A stretch of DNA of 64,000 nucleotides, from positions 13,144,001-13,208,000 of the forward strand of contig CM114271.1 of assembly GCA_050084515.1 (NCBI GenBank), written 5' to 3'. Shown here in pieces: positions 25,942-40,599 of the stretch. A model generated the notes under the pieces. The model was not told the origin of the DNA. It did no database searches and saw nothing but the letters and a program-made list of their open reading frames with translations. Position 1 is the stretch's first letter. Each line of letters begins with the position of its first letter. A program made the translations under genes and the position numbers. Source of the DNA: Blasia pusilla (taxonomy: Eukaryota).

Positions 25942-26029
<88 letters not shown>
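25942..26029. repeat. (GA)n microsatellite, ~44 units
   Basis: Read directly from the sequence. Confidence 0.97.
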
Positions 26030-26032
<3 letters not shown>

Positions 26033-27569
26033 GAAGAAGGGATTAGTATTCTTCTTGTTTAGTGCATTGTTTCTTCTAACAAAGCTCTTTGATGTTTAAT
26101 TTGTACGTAGGTAGCTTTAAAGAACTCTCACCAGCAAGCTCTGCACAATTATCTATTTCAAGTTTCTTAGGAAAGGCTAAGAAATAGCCTCTGATTATGG
26201 AGGGAAACTTACCTTCTCGAAGACTCTATGATTCTGAATACTTTTTGTTGAGGTTGCGTGGTCTTTTGGTGGATTGGAAGAAGAAGATATTTTAGAAGAG
26301 TAGGCCTTTAGGGATATTTGATCGAATCTTGGGTCTGCCAATCCTTGTACGTGTAAGGATTTTGCAGTTGATTGATGATTCTAGAAGAAATGACCATGCC
26401 AATGGTTATAAGGTTGGAAAGAGAACATTATTTGATGTGACAGAGTATCATTTCTATGTTAGGTTTGTTGATGTTATTCTCCGCCATGATGAAAGATACT
26501 CTTTACTTGCCTTGATAATGGTCGGGGTGTTGGTAAGGTCATTGTTCATATATACCACGATAAGCAAGGAATGGCTATCGGGACAGACATTGATGTAAAT
26601 GTTACAAAATTGGTGCGTTTGTTAGAGTATGCAATTGAGGTCGGTGGGAAAAGTGTCCAAGTACGTTTAGAGTACAGTAATTTTTGGGAAGGGAAAAGTC
26701 CAGGAGAGCAAGTTTGCACTCGTTGAAGGAACCAAACGGTTTCTGGAAGGACATGTATTTGTTGTTTCAGAATATGTTGTGTTGCTACATGGCAAAGAAT
26801 TCCAGCTCCTAATAGATATTAGTAGTTTGATTAAGCTTGTTAAAGGCTATAAAGTAGGATTTTGATTAATATAACAACTTTTCATTAAAGAGATCATGTG
26901 AAATGATTGTGGTTTGTTTGCATATTTGACTTCAAATATGATTTGTTAAGCACCAAGTTTCTTTAGGAGTGTTTGAATGTGACTCTCAAGAAAGTAACTC
27001 AGATGATAGCTTTTTTCTGAACAAGTTCATACTCTTCTTTCCTCGAGAGTTTCCAAGAAAGCTTCGGGATTGTCATGGATTTTTTAGATAAAATTATAGT
27101 AATGGCTGGCTTTTTTACGTAGGTGTAAGTGATATGTCATTTGCATAGACACTCGTTTATAGTGGGATATTGCAATGGTGTTGAGATCATCTGGATCTAA
27201 TATGTCATGAATGTGATGAAATGGCTTGCAGCGTTACACACACCATTTGAATCGGTCTGAGCTTTCAACGAGTGCAGAAAAATAGACCATCCAAGAAAGT
27301 TATTTATCAATTCCCTAGCAAGAATTCTTTAGTGGACAGTAGTCAAAGCAAGTGTGGGTAAATATAGGATTCAAAGGATTTTTTTCATGTATCAGTAGAT
27401 GAGATATACTACATATATCAAACCATTGAGGTCCATCTTGGAAATCTCTATTTTTTTATTCCCCTTGGTATGGTGTGGTGTGTCGGATGGTTTAGGCTTA
27501 ATTACTCAATATCATGGCCATGGAAACCACCTCCCTTGGACATAGGAAATCTTTACGTCATCCTAATAG

Positions 27570-30500
27570 AGTGGCTACGCATGACTTGTAATTATGGCAT
27601 AGAGAGCTTGCTAGGGCTGAGGCAGATGGCAAGAGACGTATAAAATGCCCTTGCAATGAGTGCAAGGGGTAGAAAACTATTACATTACATACGGTAGATG
27701 ATCACCTACGAAGGAATGGTAGATTCCCTTTGTACCGGTTGTGGAAAGGGATAGAAGAAAGGGACTTCTCTGATGAGGAGTGGCTAGCTGAAGACCAAAT
27801 GGATAGTACACTTCATCAGAAGTGCATTATGGAGTCAATTGTTAGAATAAAAGATGATTGTACTGAAGATAGGGATGCAACATATAATCGAAATGCAGCC
27901 CCTCCTATGGACATGGATGTGGATGTTAACCAGATGTTGAACGAGGTGTTTGCCCAATATGACCAACTATATGAGGGTAATGTTGGTCATGGAGGAGGGG
28001 AAATAGGGGAAGATCCGCATGAGATGACCATTGACATCCCAACTGCAGAACCTGATATGCTAAATGAAGCATGCAAGCCAATTTTTTCCTGATGCCAAAG
28101 TATCTACGCTTTCTTTTATCATGCATATTTTCAATATTTTTGGGGCACACGGTGTACCCAATATAGTTGTTGATGAACTATTCAAGCTGCTTGGAAAACA
28201 CGTATTGCTAGAAGGTAATCGAGTTCCGAAAAGTCATTATGCAGCGAAGAAGCTAGTGGGAAAGTTGGGGTTGGGATACAATACCACATGCTTGTCCTCA
28301 AGGATGTGTATTGTATCGTGGGGATCTACATGGAGCTGAAGTGTGTCCAAAATATGGAGAGAGTAGATTCAAGAAAGTTGGGAAAAGTATGGTTCCATCC
28401 AAGGTCTTGAGGCATTTTCCTATAATCCCAAGACTACAATGTATGTTTAGGTCCAATGCACTTTCAGAATTGATGTGTTGGTGTCGCGACCCTCATGACC
28501 AAACAAGTGCCAAGCGGAACATCGGAACATTAGCGGGCTCACGCTAAGATGGTTTGTGCGTTGGAGTTGTCTCAAAGAGGAGACAAGAGACGAGACGCGA
28601 GCGAGGAGTCGCGTTTCAGGTGTTATGGTCGCAACTGAGAAACCTGGACCAAACGCAGAATGAGACTTGAAAGAAGTCGAGTCTAGGAAGTGGGTTGCCA
28701 AAGGAAAGATCCGGATGTGGAACGCCACTAGCGTTTGAGAGTTTCCGACTGTATTTATGGCCATAACTTTTAGCGCCAAGATGCGTTTGGAGCAAATAAG
28801 GGTGCGTTGGAAAGCTTACAGAGAGCCGGTCCAAACGCACCAAAGATCGCTGCAAACGCATAAGCAGCGGCCGAGATACGACCCAAAAACGACTGTAAGT
28901 GGAGTCGAGTTGAGGGCCACAATGAAGGGCCCGACCCTCTTTTCTCAAAGGGGAGGGGTTATTGGAGAACCCCAGAAGTACTAGTAAGGGGGAAGGTCTC
29001 CGAGAGTGCTTGGAACCCAAACCCCACTTTGGGCGCCGCGGGGCGGCTCAAGAGCATGGAACGGAACGCGAGTTTGGGGTTGGGTTGGAAAACCTGCACC
29101 AAGTCCAAAGTGAGGCGATTTTAGACATCCTCTTGGATTCCACCCGCGACTCAATTACTTGGGTCTCGGTTTGGAACTCACCGAGGACCGTTGAGCAGTT
29201 GGGATCGCTAGCGCGCAAGTGCCGTTCAGATCCTTGACTAACCAGAAAGTCTGTTCCAAGTCTTGAAGGACTTGCCATGTGTTGGAAGCTAGGAACTAAG
29301 GAAGGTTGAGCTTGATGAGACGCCGAGTTGAGGACTCGGTGGGTTGGAACGCCGGTTGGTCAAACCTGACTAACGAGAGTGCGTGTTTGGGTGCAGATTG
29401 GCGATGAGTTCGTGACCTACTGAACGCACGCTTCCGCAACACTAAAGATTGACGTTCAAGGAGAGTAGGGGCGCGACAGTTGGGCACCTGATAATATGAG
29501 CAAGGATGGTATTGTAAGGCATACTGGAGATTCTAAAGCATGGAAACACGTGGATGAATTGTATCCAGATTTCCAACTTGAAAAGAGGAATTGTAGGTGT
29601 GGTTTGTCTTTAGATGGTGTAAACCCCTTTTTAGACAAGGCTAGCTCATGGAGTACTTAGCCCGTTTTACTAGTGAATTATAACTTGCCACCTTGGCTAC
29701 AAACCAAGAATTTTTTCATTCAATTGGTTTTGATCATGCATGGCAAGGAGAGTGTTAATGCGAGGAACATTGACACTTTTCTTGCTCCAATTTTGGAGGA
29801 GTTCATAGAACTATGGCAAGGTGTAGACTTTTATGATGTCAGAAAACTGAATAGGGTGTGGAAGTTTACATGTAGAGCCTTATCCTTTGGAATATCAATG
29901 ATTATCCAGCATATGGACTAGTTTCTGGGCAAAGTCATGTTGGAAAACATGCATGCACTGATTGTGGACCAAGAGTGAACTCAAACTTCTCCAAGGAGTG
30001 CGGAATGCCTATATTTGGAGGCCACCGTCGATATCTGCACCCTAGCCATGAATGGAGACATACAAAGTATGGTATCCACTTCAATGGTGCAAGTGAATCT
30101 AGAGACCCTCCCAAACCTATCTCAACTGATGAGATTCTACAATGGGCAGAGGATAAGCTAATCTACGAGAGAAATGGTGGCCGAGAAGATCATCCACAAG
30201 ACCCTTTTAAGAAGACAAGTGTGAAAAGGACACAATTTTTTGACCTACCTTATTGGAGAGTATCCAATAGAGATCAATAGGGTTTTGAATGTAAAAGCTT
30301 TTATTTCTGTGCTTGAAGAATCCTTATGATGCTTCTAGTAAGTTTTTCTTAACTAGTATTTCTTTGATTTTTCCTAGCACCTCCTTATCAGACATACAAT
30401 CAATGTGATACATGTGGAGAAGAATATAGCTGAAAACATTGTGAAAACAATTATGGGGATGAAGGATACAATGAAAGTTAGACGAGACATGGAAAAACGC

Positions 30501-32150
30501 GGAATCGGACCTCACTTATGGCTACGACCGCATCCTTCAAAGAGCAGGGGTCTTGTTAAACCTATAGCTAAGTATATCCTATCTCCCTTGGAGTTGACAA
30601 CATTTCTTGGAAGGGTTGAGGCATTGAAAGTGCCTTCTGGCTATTGCGGTGAGTTGAAGAAACATGTTGTTAGGAAAAAGTTGGGCAACATGAAGTCTCA
30701 TGATTACCATGTCTTCATTCATCAGATTTTGCCATATTGCCTACGAGGGCTCATGAGTGAAGAGGTGAGGGTCACTATCATGAGACTAAGCAAGGTCCTT
30801 AGGAACATTTCAATGAAGATGTGGGATCCTTCTCGCTATGAGAAACTGCATGAAGATACTGTGGTCACTCTATGCTTGTTGGAAATGCACTTCCTACCTG
30901 CATTCTTTGATGTAATGAATCATCTTCTCTTACATGTTGTAGAGGAGTTAGATATTTGTGGCCCAGTAGCATGTTGATGGATGTATCCTTTTGAGAGGTA
31001 TATGGGAGTGATGAAAAAGTATGTGAGGTCAAAGGCACGCCGTAAAGGATGTATGGCCGAGAGATATGTCCTCAACGAAGCATTGGGTTTTGGAATATAT
31101 GAGGAGGTTTGAACATGTCCAAAATTGAGTATGGGACTATGGAAAGGAAGCAGAGGTGGCTGGAGAGGAACTAGAAGGTGCAGCAACAACCATCACACTT
31201 TCGTGAGACCTTTTAGTCTTGGAGCACAACTATATACTACGCAACACTCAATGCATGGAGAAATGGTATAGGTAGGGTATCTGTATCTAATCTCTATCCT
31301 TGTGTTTGTTTTCTGATTGGAGTATGAGATATGGCATATCTAGAAGGTTCAATTGTTGATGTTGGTAGTTTCTTACTCTAAACTAATATTCATTGAATTT
31401 TACAGGATTTATGAAGAGAGTGAAATTAACAATATGTCCTTCCAAGATTGGGTTCGTCCAGCCATTTTGGAAGCTGCAGAAGGGAACCTTGAGAAGCTTG
31501 ATGACGAGGCATTTGCTCTCTCCATACCTCCTACTGCTTAAGTGCTCTCCTACAAGAATATGAAAGCTTACAGTAGTCATTATAGGGTGGAAGGGAGTGG
31601 AGGATTAAGTTTCTCAACTTATGATTGTGGTATAGGAGCCGTATTTTTGGATGAGGAGGGCGGGGGGATCCAATTCACATAGTGCTTATTCATATGTGGG
31701 TGTTTTAGTTGATATCTTAGCCTTTGACTACCAGATTATAGGGCAACCTCTCATTCTAATAAGAGGTAGATGGATGAGAGCAGACTAGGACTCTAGGCGC
31801 CCATCCATGAAACGAGATGGGGAGGGTTTTCTTCTTGCTAACCTAAATGATAATGAGCCACTTCACCACCAGCCTTTTGTGTTTCCTTCACAAGTAGAAC
31901 AGGTTTTCTATGGAGATCCGGGTGACGGATGTGCGTGGAGAGTAGTACTTAGGAAAGAAGCAAGGTCTCGCCGTAGCTTTGCAGATTTGACAGATATGAA
32001 TTGGGATAAGGAGGAGAGTAGTGAATACCATAGCCTGGAGGTGACTCCTTTTTTGTAGAGACATTTTCCCCATATCAATACTCTTGACGCCATTGAACTA
32101 AATGACGCTAAAGTTGCCATAGCTCAATCGGATTTTAGCCAAGTACATGT
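27570..32150 (+). pseudogene. CACTA Tnp2/TnpD transposase (Transposase_21-like with DUF4218/DUF4216-like regions), disrupted
   Basis: Motifs IKCPCNECKG...HLRRNG, KVLRHFPIIPRLQCMF, SKDGIVRHTGDSKAWKH, LSLDGVNPF, NYNLPPW, MIHVEKNI, MKSHDYHVF, FFDVMNHLLLH, WMYPFERYM and PFVFPSQVEQVFY. Many stops and frameshifts plus an LTR insertion. Confidence 0.93.
28482..29478. mobile_element. Solo LTR (997 bp) inserted in Tnp2
   Basis: TGTCGCGACCC...GGGCGCGACA with a perfect TSD GTTGG (28477-28481 and 29479-29483). The transposase reads LMCW|APDNMSKDG across it. Confidence 0.93.
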
Positions 32151-32357
32151 AGTGGAAGTTTTGCAGAGCATGGACAACGATGGGGATGAATTAGATCATG
32201 ATCTTAGCGATTAGATCAGGATCTCATCGATTAGATAAACTAGATGTCCATAGTTGTGCCTGTTGTGTGTATGTGTTTTTTAGTTCTTGTGGGGTTGAAC
32301 CATTTGATAAACATGTTTTTCCTTCACACAACTTGAGAGCTACCTTTGTGTAGGGAT

Positions 32358-35300
32358 ATGGAGCCAGCTATTGCACAGAGTGATTATTAAAATAGACAAG
32401 GTGAATTAGGAGTCCAGTGTGAGAAGAACCAGAAATCTAGTATGCATAGTCATGAGAAGACAAAGGGAGTTGAGGCCTCAAGAGACTTCAATCATGAGGT
32501 CCATGATGTAGATGCTCCCATTGATAATGAGGTGGAGGATACTAGCACGGCCTACGAGAAGAATCGTGAGCGTAACATTCAGAGAAGGAAAGAGATGGAG
32601 AGAATTCTTTTTCAGAACTGCCAATTAATTGACGTATGTTTTCTTGGCCTAGTGTTTATGGTTGGGGGATCCTTTAGTGGATTTAAGTTAGTGCAAGTAA
32701 ATTTCATAGTGATTGCTAGTGAAATGAAAAGTACACATGATTACTCATGGCGTGGAATGAATTTGCTCTTGTTTATTGAACTAATTGTGAAACATGGATA
32801 GTAATGGAGCAATTCAAGAAAAGAGGCAACTAGCAACAAAGATTCATGTTGCTCTAAATGTGGTAAGCCTTCGCCGACAAAGTGCACGCCTCAACAAGAC
32901 CCTAAATATTCCAGATTTCTCAGATAGGAAATTTGAGAAGGAACCAATGGGATATGCATCACATGAAGACAATGTGGTCGGTTTGGATTCACCCGATCCT
33001 GTAAGTACCGGATTATGGGATTATCCATATTATTCAATCAAATGACATTGATTTTTAGTAGGAGATACTTGATATGAGTATTCTTTCTATGATCCTACCT
33101 TGTTTGCTGATTAAATTGAGCTCTTTACTGTGTATAGGGATCATAATATATGAAAGGAGTCCATGCTGATAGTGTAGAGAGACAAAGATCCCAAGGCCAA
33201 CAAAATGTTGTTAAAGACGGGATGCATGTACATCCCTCTCCACACTTAGACTTGGACAATATGTCCCATAAACCTCCATGAGAGACTCAAAGTTGGAGAG
33301 GAGGCCACTTGTGGGGTGGTCCTCCTTGCGGTGGATGGTACAACCAACCCCCTCCCAATATGTATGGAAGATCTCGGAAGCAGGACTCTCAACCCATGGA
33401 TGAGAGAGGTCTCCATCCATGGGTTGGATGCAAGAGATGCAGAGAGGCACGTTGGGGGCATGTCAAGAAATAGATTTATGTGGGACCATTCATCCCCCTG
33501 GGCTGAATCACATGGACCAGGTTCCTACAACCATGTACCACGTGTTGTAGTAGAAGATTGGAGGCATGGAGAGCGCGGATATCCCCTTGAGAGTAGCCCT
33601 CAATGGAATTCAATGAGTACTTAATTCGATTCATTTTTATTCAATTCACATGAATTTACCATGTCATAATGTATTTGTGATTTATTATCCTCTAATATTC
33701 CTGTGCATGAACAGGTTCCACCTCCAGGAGAATTGGAAGGGCCTTCGATAAGGTGTTGAATTCAGTATCTTTGCCATAACCTATAATTTTGTATGATTTC
33801 ATATATCTTCCATTCAATTGTAGATTTCAGATATCTCCAATGGCTACTTCTTGTGCAGATGTTTAGGGGCCCACCGAGTAGAAGTCAATCATGTATGACT
33901 CTACTGCACCAGAAAACACTCCATCTACAGGTGGCGAGATCCAAACTTCTGGAAGTGGGGATTTAGATATCTTGTTCTAAATTTATGAATTTTCTTGAAG
34001 ATTTCAAGTGGATGTTGGTTCCCATCTCCCCTTGAGCCTCTCCTTCCTACATTGAATTTTTATAAATAAACTGCTCCCAAGTATCTAATAGCATAGAGTC
34101 CTAACACCTTTCTAACTATATGATGAGTGTTCTGATGTGAAAGAAGAGAAGCGAGGATTTTTCCATCGCCATAAAAAGCGTCAGCTTTGGAACAAAGAGG
34201 CCTCAGAGCATAACAAGGCCCATCTTCGACCCACATGTGAGTTATTGGAGACTAGATGGGCCGATAATGCGGCCGCCGGTTATGAGGCATGGTTGAGTGA
34301 TGTAAAGGTATAGATGATGCGTTACTTAGACATCTCATGTGTGGACATAGATAAACAAGATAGTATTTGTATGGCCACCATCCGCAATCAAATGGACATG
34401 GCTTGGGAGTATGTTGGTACATCTAGGTTAAACCCGGATTGCTTAAGGAAGAAGATGTCTTCTTTACTGAAGATTGAGAGATACATGATGAAGACTTACT
34501 TCAAGAGCAAGGGGGGGCATCGTGCCGCAAAATTTCACCCTGATTGTAAGCGTGTAGCATGGGAACGCCCGGTAGACTACTGTTGTCCGACAAAGCCAAG
34601 ATGAAAGCTGAAGTAATTAGTGAAATCGGCAAGGGGCAAGGTGGAGAATCCGAATCCCAATGGACGGTCAAGTGTTCAAGGTGTGAGGATTGGGGTTGTA
34701 AGTGTTCTTTGCAACTCCTTATTTGAGATGATGTTCCTTACTTCCACTATAATCTTATTGTTAATCTCCTTCAATACACAACTATGGGTGCATTCATTCC
34801 AACCAAATGGAGTAAAGAAAGATAAAACATGTACTTTTTTTTACGGTAGGTACATTTCTTAGATTCTTACAATGTTGAGTTGGCGTGTAGGGGGGGGAAC
34901 AACAGAAACTCATAATGAGAGGGAGTTGCGAAGTACTACACGTTTCAATGGGGGCTCAAAGATAAGGTCCATCATTGAGTGGTATAGCATGGAACATGAA
35001 GTATTCATGCTTCTTGGAAGTATTTCTTTAAATGTGCTTGTAGATTGATAGGCTAAATCATTATACCCTCTTCACTATGTCTTTGTGTTTTGCAAAATGC
35101 CGTGGACTCACAAGTTACCAATCAACTAGAGGTGCAAGAGCAACGATGGGTAGAGGATGCAAAGCTTTTAAGGCATGAGTTAAATTCCACAACAGCAGAA
35201 TTAAGTGGACAGATTGCAAATCTGGTCGAAATAGTTGCAGATCTTGCACGGAGGAGAGTAGGGGTAGAGGCTTCCAATGCCCACTCAACACTACGCATGA

Positions 35301-37268
35301 CGGAGTCTAAAGTGCAAGAAGGTATGTCCATTTGTAAGAAATCATTGTATGCTTGGGCAAATCCTCATTGAGTATTTGTTATTATCTTATGTACTTCAAT
35401 ACACAACTACATGTGCAATCCTTCCAACCAGAAGGTAATTTCTTAGTGTTATTTCCATGCTCTTGTGCTTGCCTTGAATTCAACAATGTAGTTATTTATA
35501 ACTGTCTATGAAGATGTGGGTGTGGATATGATAGGAAGGAGGCAAGTGCGGTTATAAAATGTAGATCCACTAAGTGGCGGCTCAAGTGATGGAGAGGCCA
35601 CATATAAGGGCACAGGTACAATATGGTTAGGAAATTCAAGTAGTTAGATATCTCCAATTCTTAGATTTCAGGTTAGTTATTGAGATTTCAGATTACTTAA
35701 TTAGGTTAGTTACTTAAGATGGACTTCCCATATTGCTACAAGGAATCAAAAGATATCTGCTCCCTCCATCAAGTTAGGTGGAGACACAAGCTCAATCGGC
35801 CAAGGTATTTCCTAAACTTTCCTAGTCATAGATCTTTTGAAATGTAGCTCAAAATTAATGGCACCTTCATATTTACAACAAGAATGTGCTCTAGTTCATT
35901 GAGAGAAACTAATAAATCTGGATTCATACTCGTGTAGGAGTGTGCATTGTGACAACTCCTTCGATTCATGTGTTTCCTAAAGGTATGTAGTGTGGATACT
36001 GGCGCTCAATTTTTTTTTTCTACCTTTCCTTTATTGAGGTATGATACCAAATAATGGTTACGATTCTTCATCTTATGTGACTTCATATTCAATTGATTGG
36101 ACATGTAGGAAAGACAGACACTATGCCTAGATTCAAAGATCCTTTGAGTGGTTGCTGAAGTGATGGAGAGGCCACATTGGGTCCGAAAGGTATCCTAAAC
36201 CTTAGTGCATGTTTTCTTACAGTATCTTTAAAGCCAAAGTGGGAGTGGAAAGCCTACTCATAAATGAGAATATTGATCTTGCTGCAATTTGAAGTTGTCC
36301 ATGGATTTTTTTTCACTTTCTTCGAATGCTCTTCAATGTTTTCCAGTAGGAAATGAGAAGATTAGGAGCCCTCCGATGAAGCCGCGTGGAGAGGTGAACT
36401 CCAACCGTGAGGGTAAGTTTTCTTCTACATGCTCTCTTACAAAAATTGGTTAGAGTTTAAGGTTCTCCTTGATGGATGCTTGTTTCAGGTTTTAGCAATC
36501 TGATCTTTTTAGTGTGGAAAATAGCACGTATTCAGATCTTGAGGCATTTTTGATTGCTTTAAAAAAATTTTCAGATCTTGACTTTATTATAAAAAGAGTT
36601 CAGATCTTTCAAATACGATCATTATCTTGTATGATTAAATCTGGAAAAAAAAATATGTATGTAGGGTCACAAAAGAAGAGGAGGACTCAAGAGATTCTAC
36701 TGAAAAAGAATCTTGAAGATAGTTTGCTAGTGAAACCATCTCCAATGAAGAAGAAGTCTAAATCCAAAGTGCACTCTAATTTTGGAAGTGACGGATGTGA
36801 CAGCGAGCCTAAGTCGAGTGGGGGGAGGCAAAAAAAAGAAGGTAATGGCCAATGCTCATGTCATTTTCAAGTATTAGTGTTGTTTGTAAGCTTGCTGCTT
36901 GTTTTTTATATGACATCTGAAGACATGTGTGATATTCCCCATTCAAGTTAGAATCTGGTTGGGAATCATTTAATCATACTTTGATCATGTAGTTGCAGAT
37001 AGGCGATGATGTCTCCTTCACAGAACACAGAAATCCTCCCCATATACTTGCTCATGGAGTGATAACAGGGATATCCGGTCCTGATAAGTGTCATGGCAAA
37101 GACATTCCAGATGGGGTTATGCGGGTCACAATCCAGAGTGTCTTGGAGCCGGAGTATGCGTTATGGCAAACCAATGAGAGGGACGATCCCCCTCAAGGAG
37201 TATTAGAGGATGCAATCGGAACAAATTTACTCTGGCCTGAATTGAATTTGAAGAAACATATACATTAA
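32358..37268 (+). pseudogene. CACTA second gene (TnpA/Ptta-like), multi-exon, decayed
   Basis: Lies downstream of Tnp2 with many GT-AG-like exon fragments. The segment at 34314-34700 (HPDCKRVAWERPVDY...MKSARGKV) and the terminal exon AHGVITGISGPDKCHGKDIPDGVMRVTIQSV...AIGTNLLWP resemble En/Spm TnpA-type domains. Confidence 0.6.
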
Positions 37269-37779
37269 GGCTTTTCGTTGTTTCCTTCATGTTCTCGGAA
37301 ATAGTGGTAGCAAAGGAGATTTTGTGATCCATGAAGCATTTTAAATCTCACTTATTCTGCCAAAAATGAGATCAACTCATATGCTTTGTGGTCAAATTTT
37401 GTGATCGGATATAATATGGTCAGATTTTGTGATCATGTGTTAGTAAAATGTAGTTCCTTGAAATTTGATTCCAAGTTTTATGGGTGTCAAGAGTATTGCT
37501 TCTTTTATACTTCGGACTTCAAGATGAAAAGTAGTATATACAAATACTAGAAGAGTTCAGATTTGAGTCCACATATCATAAAACTTTACCTATAAACTTA
37601 TGGATACTACACTGATTTGTTCCCATATCAGAAAACTGATTCTTAAAACTTCACATATCATAGAACTTCAAATGTAAGTACATTTTGTGCACTTACATAT
37701 CTGAACTCTTTTAGTTCTACGGATTTGAACTCTTTTAGTAAGACTCATTGTATGACTTCTAAGCATACGACAAAAGAAC

Positions 37780-38930
37780 ATGCAATCATTGAGCAAACAT
37801 TACTCACATTGTATGACTGTCATAGTCATTTGATTGAATAATAGGCACTCCATTTAGAGTAAAATGACTCAAATAAATGACTCCATTTTGCAAACCATGA
37901 CTTGGAATGACTAGTCATGACTTATCATGACTCACTTCTATATCTGGACTATCATGGACTACATATAACGTGATGACTCCATTGTTCAAATAAAGACTTG
38001 GCATGATTAATAATGACTTGCGACCACTGACCATGACTCGTCTTTAACGACTTGCCATGTAAAAACATAGATTATTCCGTGACTCATGAACTACCACTTA
38101 TGACTCCAGCATGACTATAACACAATAAATTATGACTCGTGCTATGACTACGCTCATGACTCAAGCAAGTCATTCTTTATGTATCAAATATGACTACATT
38201 ATTCAATTAATGACTTGGCTTGACCAGTCATGACCTATGATGACTGATCATGACTTAAATTTAATAACTAGCCATCTAAAAATATTGATTCATTTTTTAC
38301 TCATAGACTAACACGTACGACTCCAATATCAAATATGACTTCATTATTCAAATAACAACTTGGCGTGACTAGTCGTGACCTATGATGACTCATCATGGAC
38401 TATGAATTATGACTCCATCATGACTACAAAATAAAACATAATGACTCATGCTATGACTAGGATCATGACTCAAGCTAGTCGTTATTTACGTATCAAATAT
38501 GACTTCATTATTCACACAACGACTTGGTATGACTCGTCATGACATATGATGACTGATCCTGACTTATTAGGACTATCAAATATGACTTCACCATGACTAA
38601 AAAAAAATGATTCATGCTATAACTAGGGGAATGACTCATCCAAGTCATTCTTTACGTATCAAATATGACTCACACTAAGTAAAAAGCGTATCATCCATGT
38701 CACTAGTATGACGTGGATTACAAGTCATGTCCACGTGGACTAATTATATCCCTTGCCTCATGACTCTAGTCATTGAAATTAATGAAGTCATGTACACAAT
38801 GACTCAAGTGGTGCTTAGTCATGAGACAAAAATGACTTGTCTTTTATGACTGATGCAGTCATCAATCACCGTGAGTGATGTCATGTATAGTATGACTCCT
38901 CTTAGTCATATAATGTAGTCATAAAAATAC
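37780..38930. repeat. CACTA right subterminal repeat region (dense ATGACT/AGTCAT motifs)
   Basis: Dozens of ATGACT motifs in both orientations before the terminal TAGTG. Confidence 0.9.
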
Positions 38931-38948
38931 CTTTTCTTTCTAGTGTTA

Positions 38949-39255
38949 TCTATATTATTATGGGAGAGTGTCTTCTTGATTCCCTTCCCCAGCTCTTCAA
39001 ATTCTTTTTTATTTCGCGTGCATCGCACGGGCACCTTATTATTATTATTATGGGAGAGTGCCTTCTTGATCTGCAAACACCTCTCTGCTTGACATGTGGC
39101 AACTGGGCATCAAGAAAATGCTTCCCATGCTTCGGGTAGTAAGAAGAAAATTTGAATTTATGTGCATCATCATTAATCTCTTCCTTTCATGGCCTATACA
39201 CAAGCTCTTCAAACATTTTTTTTATTTCCCATGCATCGCACACACACCTTACTAG
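38949..39255 (+). mobile_element. Mini-Helitron units 2 (38949-39038, internally deleted) and 3 (39039-39255)
   Basis: TCTATATTATTATGGGAGAG starts and CGTGCATCGCACG-type hairpins. The last unit ends CACCTTACTAG|T. Confidence 0.82.
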
Positions 39256-40599
39256 TCTTAAGATATGTATGAACGCCACATTTTTCAGATTTCAAAATTA
39301 CTCAATGTAAAATATTCTGGAAAATTGCTTCGTTACATTTTCTCACCAAAATCTAGATTAGTATTTTGGTTAATGCATGACAAATTTAATCTAAAATAAA
39401 GTAATAATTTTGGATCACAGATAATTTCCAATTTTTAATATAAGAAGAAGGAAGAAAGAGAAAAAAATTCAAAAAAGTGTTTTGTGAGGAAATTTTTTCC
39501 AAGTTTAAAATTTTCAACATGAAAGGGAGGAGGGGATAATTGTGAAAATTTTGAAAATGCAAGGAGAAGAGAGGAGGGGATAATTGTGAAAATTGAAGGA
39601 AGGAGGTTAGGGGAAGAGAGAAACGAATGCATTTTGAACAAGGAAGATTGCACATAGAATTTGAAAAAAGTATATAATTTTCAACAAAAGGGATAGATGC
39701 CGAATTAGAATAGTTCACTTAATTTATTCAAAGGGATAGGTTCAAATGAGGAATGTATATAAGTAAAAGAGGATAGGGTTAGAGGAATCCTCTAAGGTTT
39801 CTTATAATGCTGATACATTTCACTTTAAGAGAAGGAGTTCAATTAAGAGGAGACAGTTAAATTAAATGAGGAAGGGAAATGATGACTTCAAGATTTTTAA
39901 AAGTTGAAGGTCATAGGAACCAACCATAGTCTGGGGAGTTTCTTCACGAGAACCGGTACAGAACTGGTGTTCTAGAGCCCGGACCAATAAATTTTGATTT
40001 CCAACCGGTTTTTCAGATAGGTTTACAACGAAATCCCCCCTAAACCTGCCAGTTTTTTCCGACGAGTTTGGATTGAATCGGAAATTTTTTATTTTAGCCG
40101 GCTACGATTACTCGTAACCCCGGATCTCCCCGTTCATTGGAACCAACTAGTCTATCCAGATTTAAGGAGGGCCCATTACTCCCTTCACGATATGAAAGAG
40201 AGACAAAAGAAATCAATTTCCCTCTTTGTCCCTTGCAAGAGCACCTCCAGGATCAAGACCCCAAACGGCTCTTGATCTTGGAGGTGCTCTTGAGGAGTAG
40301 GAGGACTATGGAGGAAGACTATGGCGGACGTTTAGAATTTTGTTTGTAACTATTTCCATGGTGATCCAATCTTTTCAATTTAAGGCCCAATGTGTTCATC
40401 TTCTCAAGCTTGAACTTTGGGTTCTTCTTTTTTCCACTTAAGATTGAGATTTCCAAAGTTCTTGGGATCTTTGAACCTCCTTCTCTCCTAAATGTGCTCA
40501 TAGATTCCTATACGCAATTTCAAACATAGCGCTCTCCTTATAGAGTGATACCGGGTTACCATCGGTTTAAGGGATTCCTCTTGCTTTTCTGGATCTTTT

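Noticed and set aside
39925-40323. Possible hAT MITE (CATAGTCT...AGACTATG, AACCGG motifs)
   Set aside because: Only an 8-bp inverted match and no TSD.
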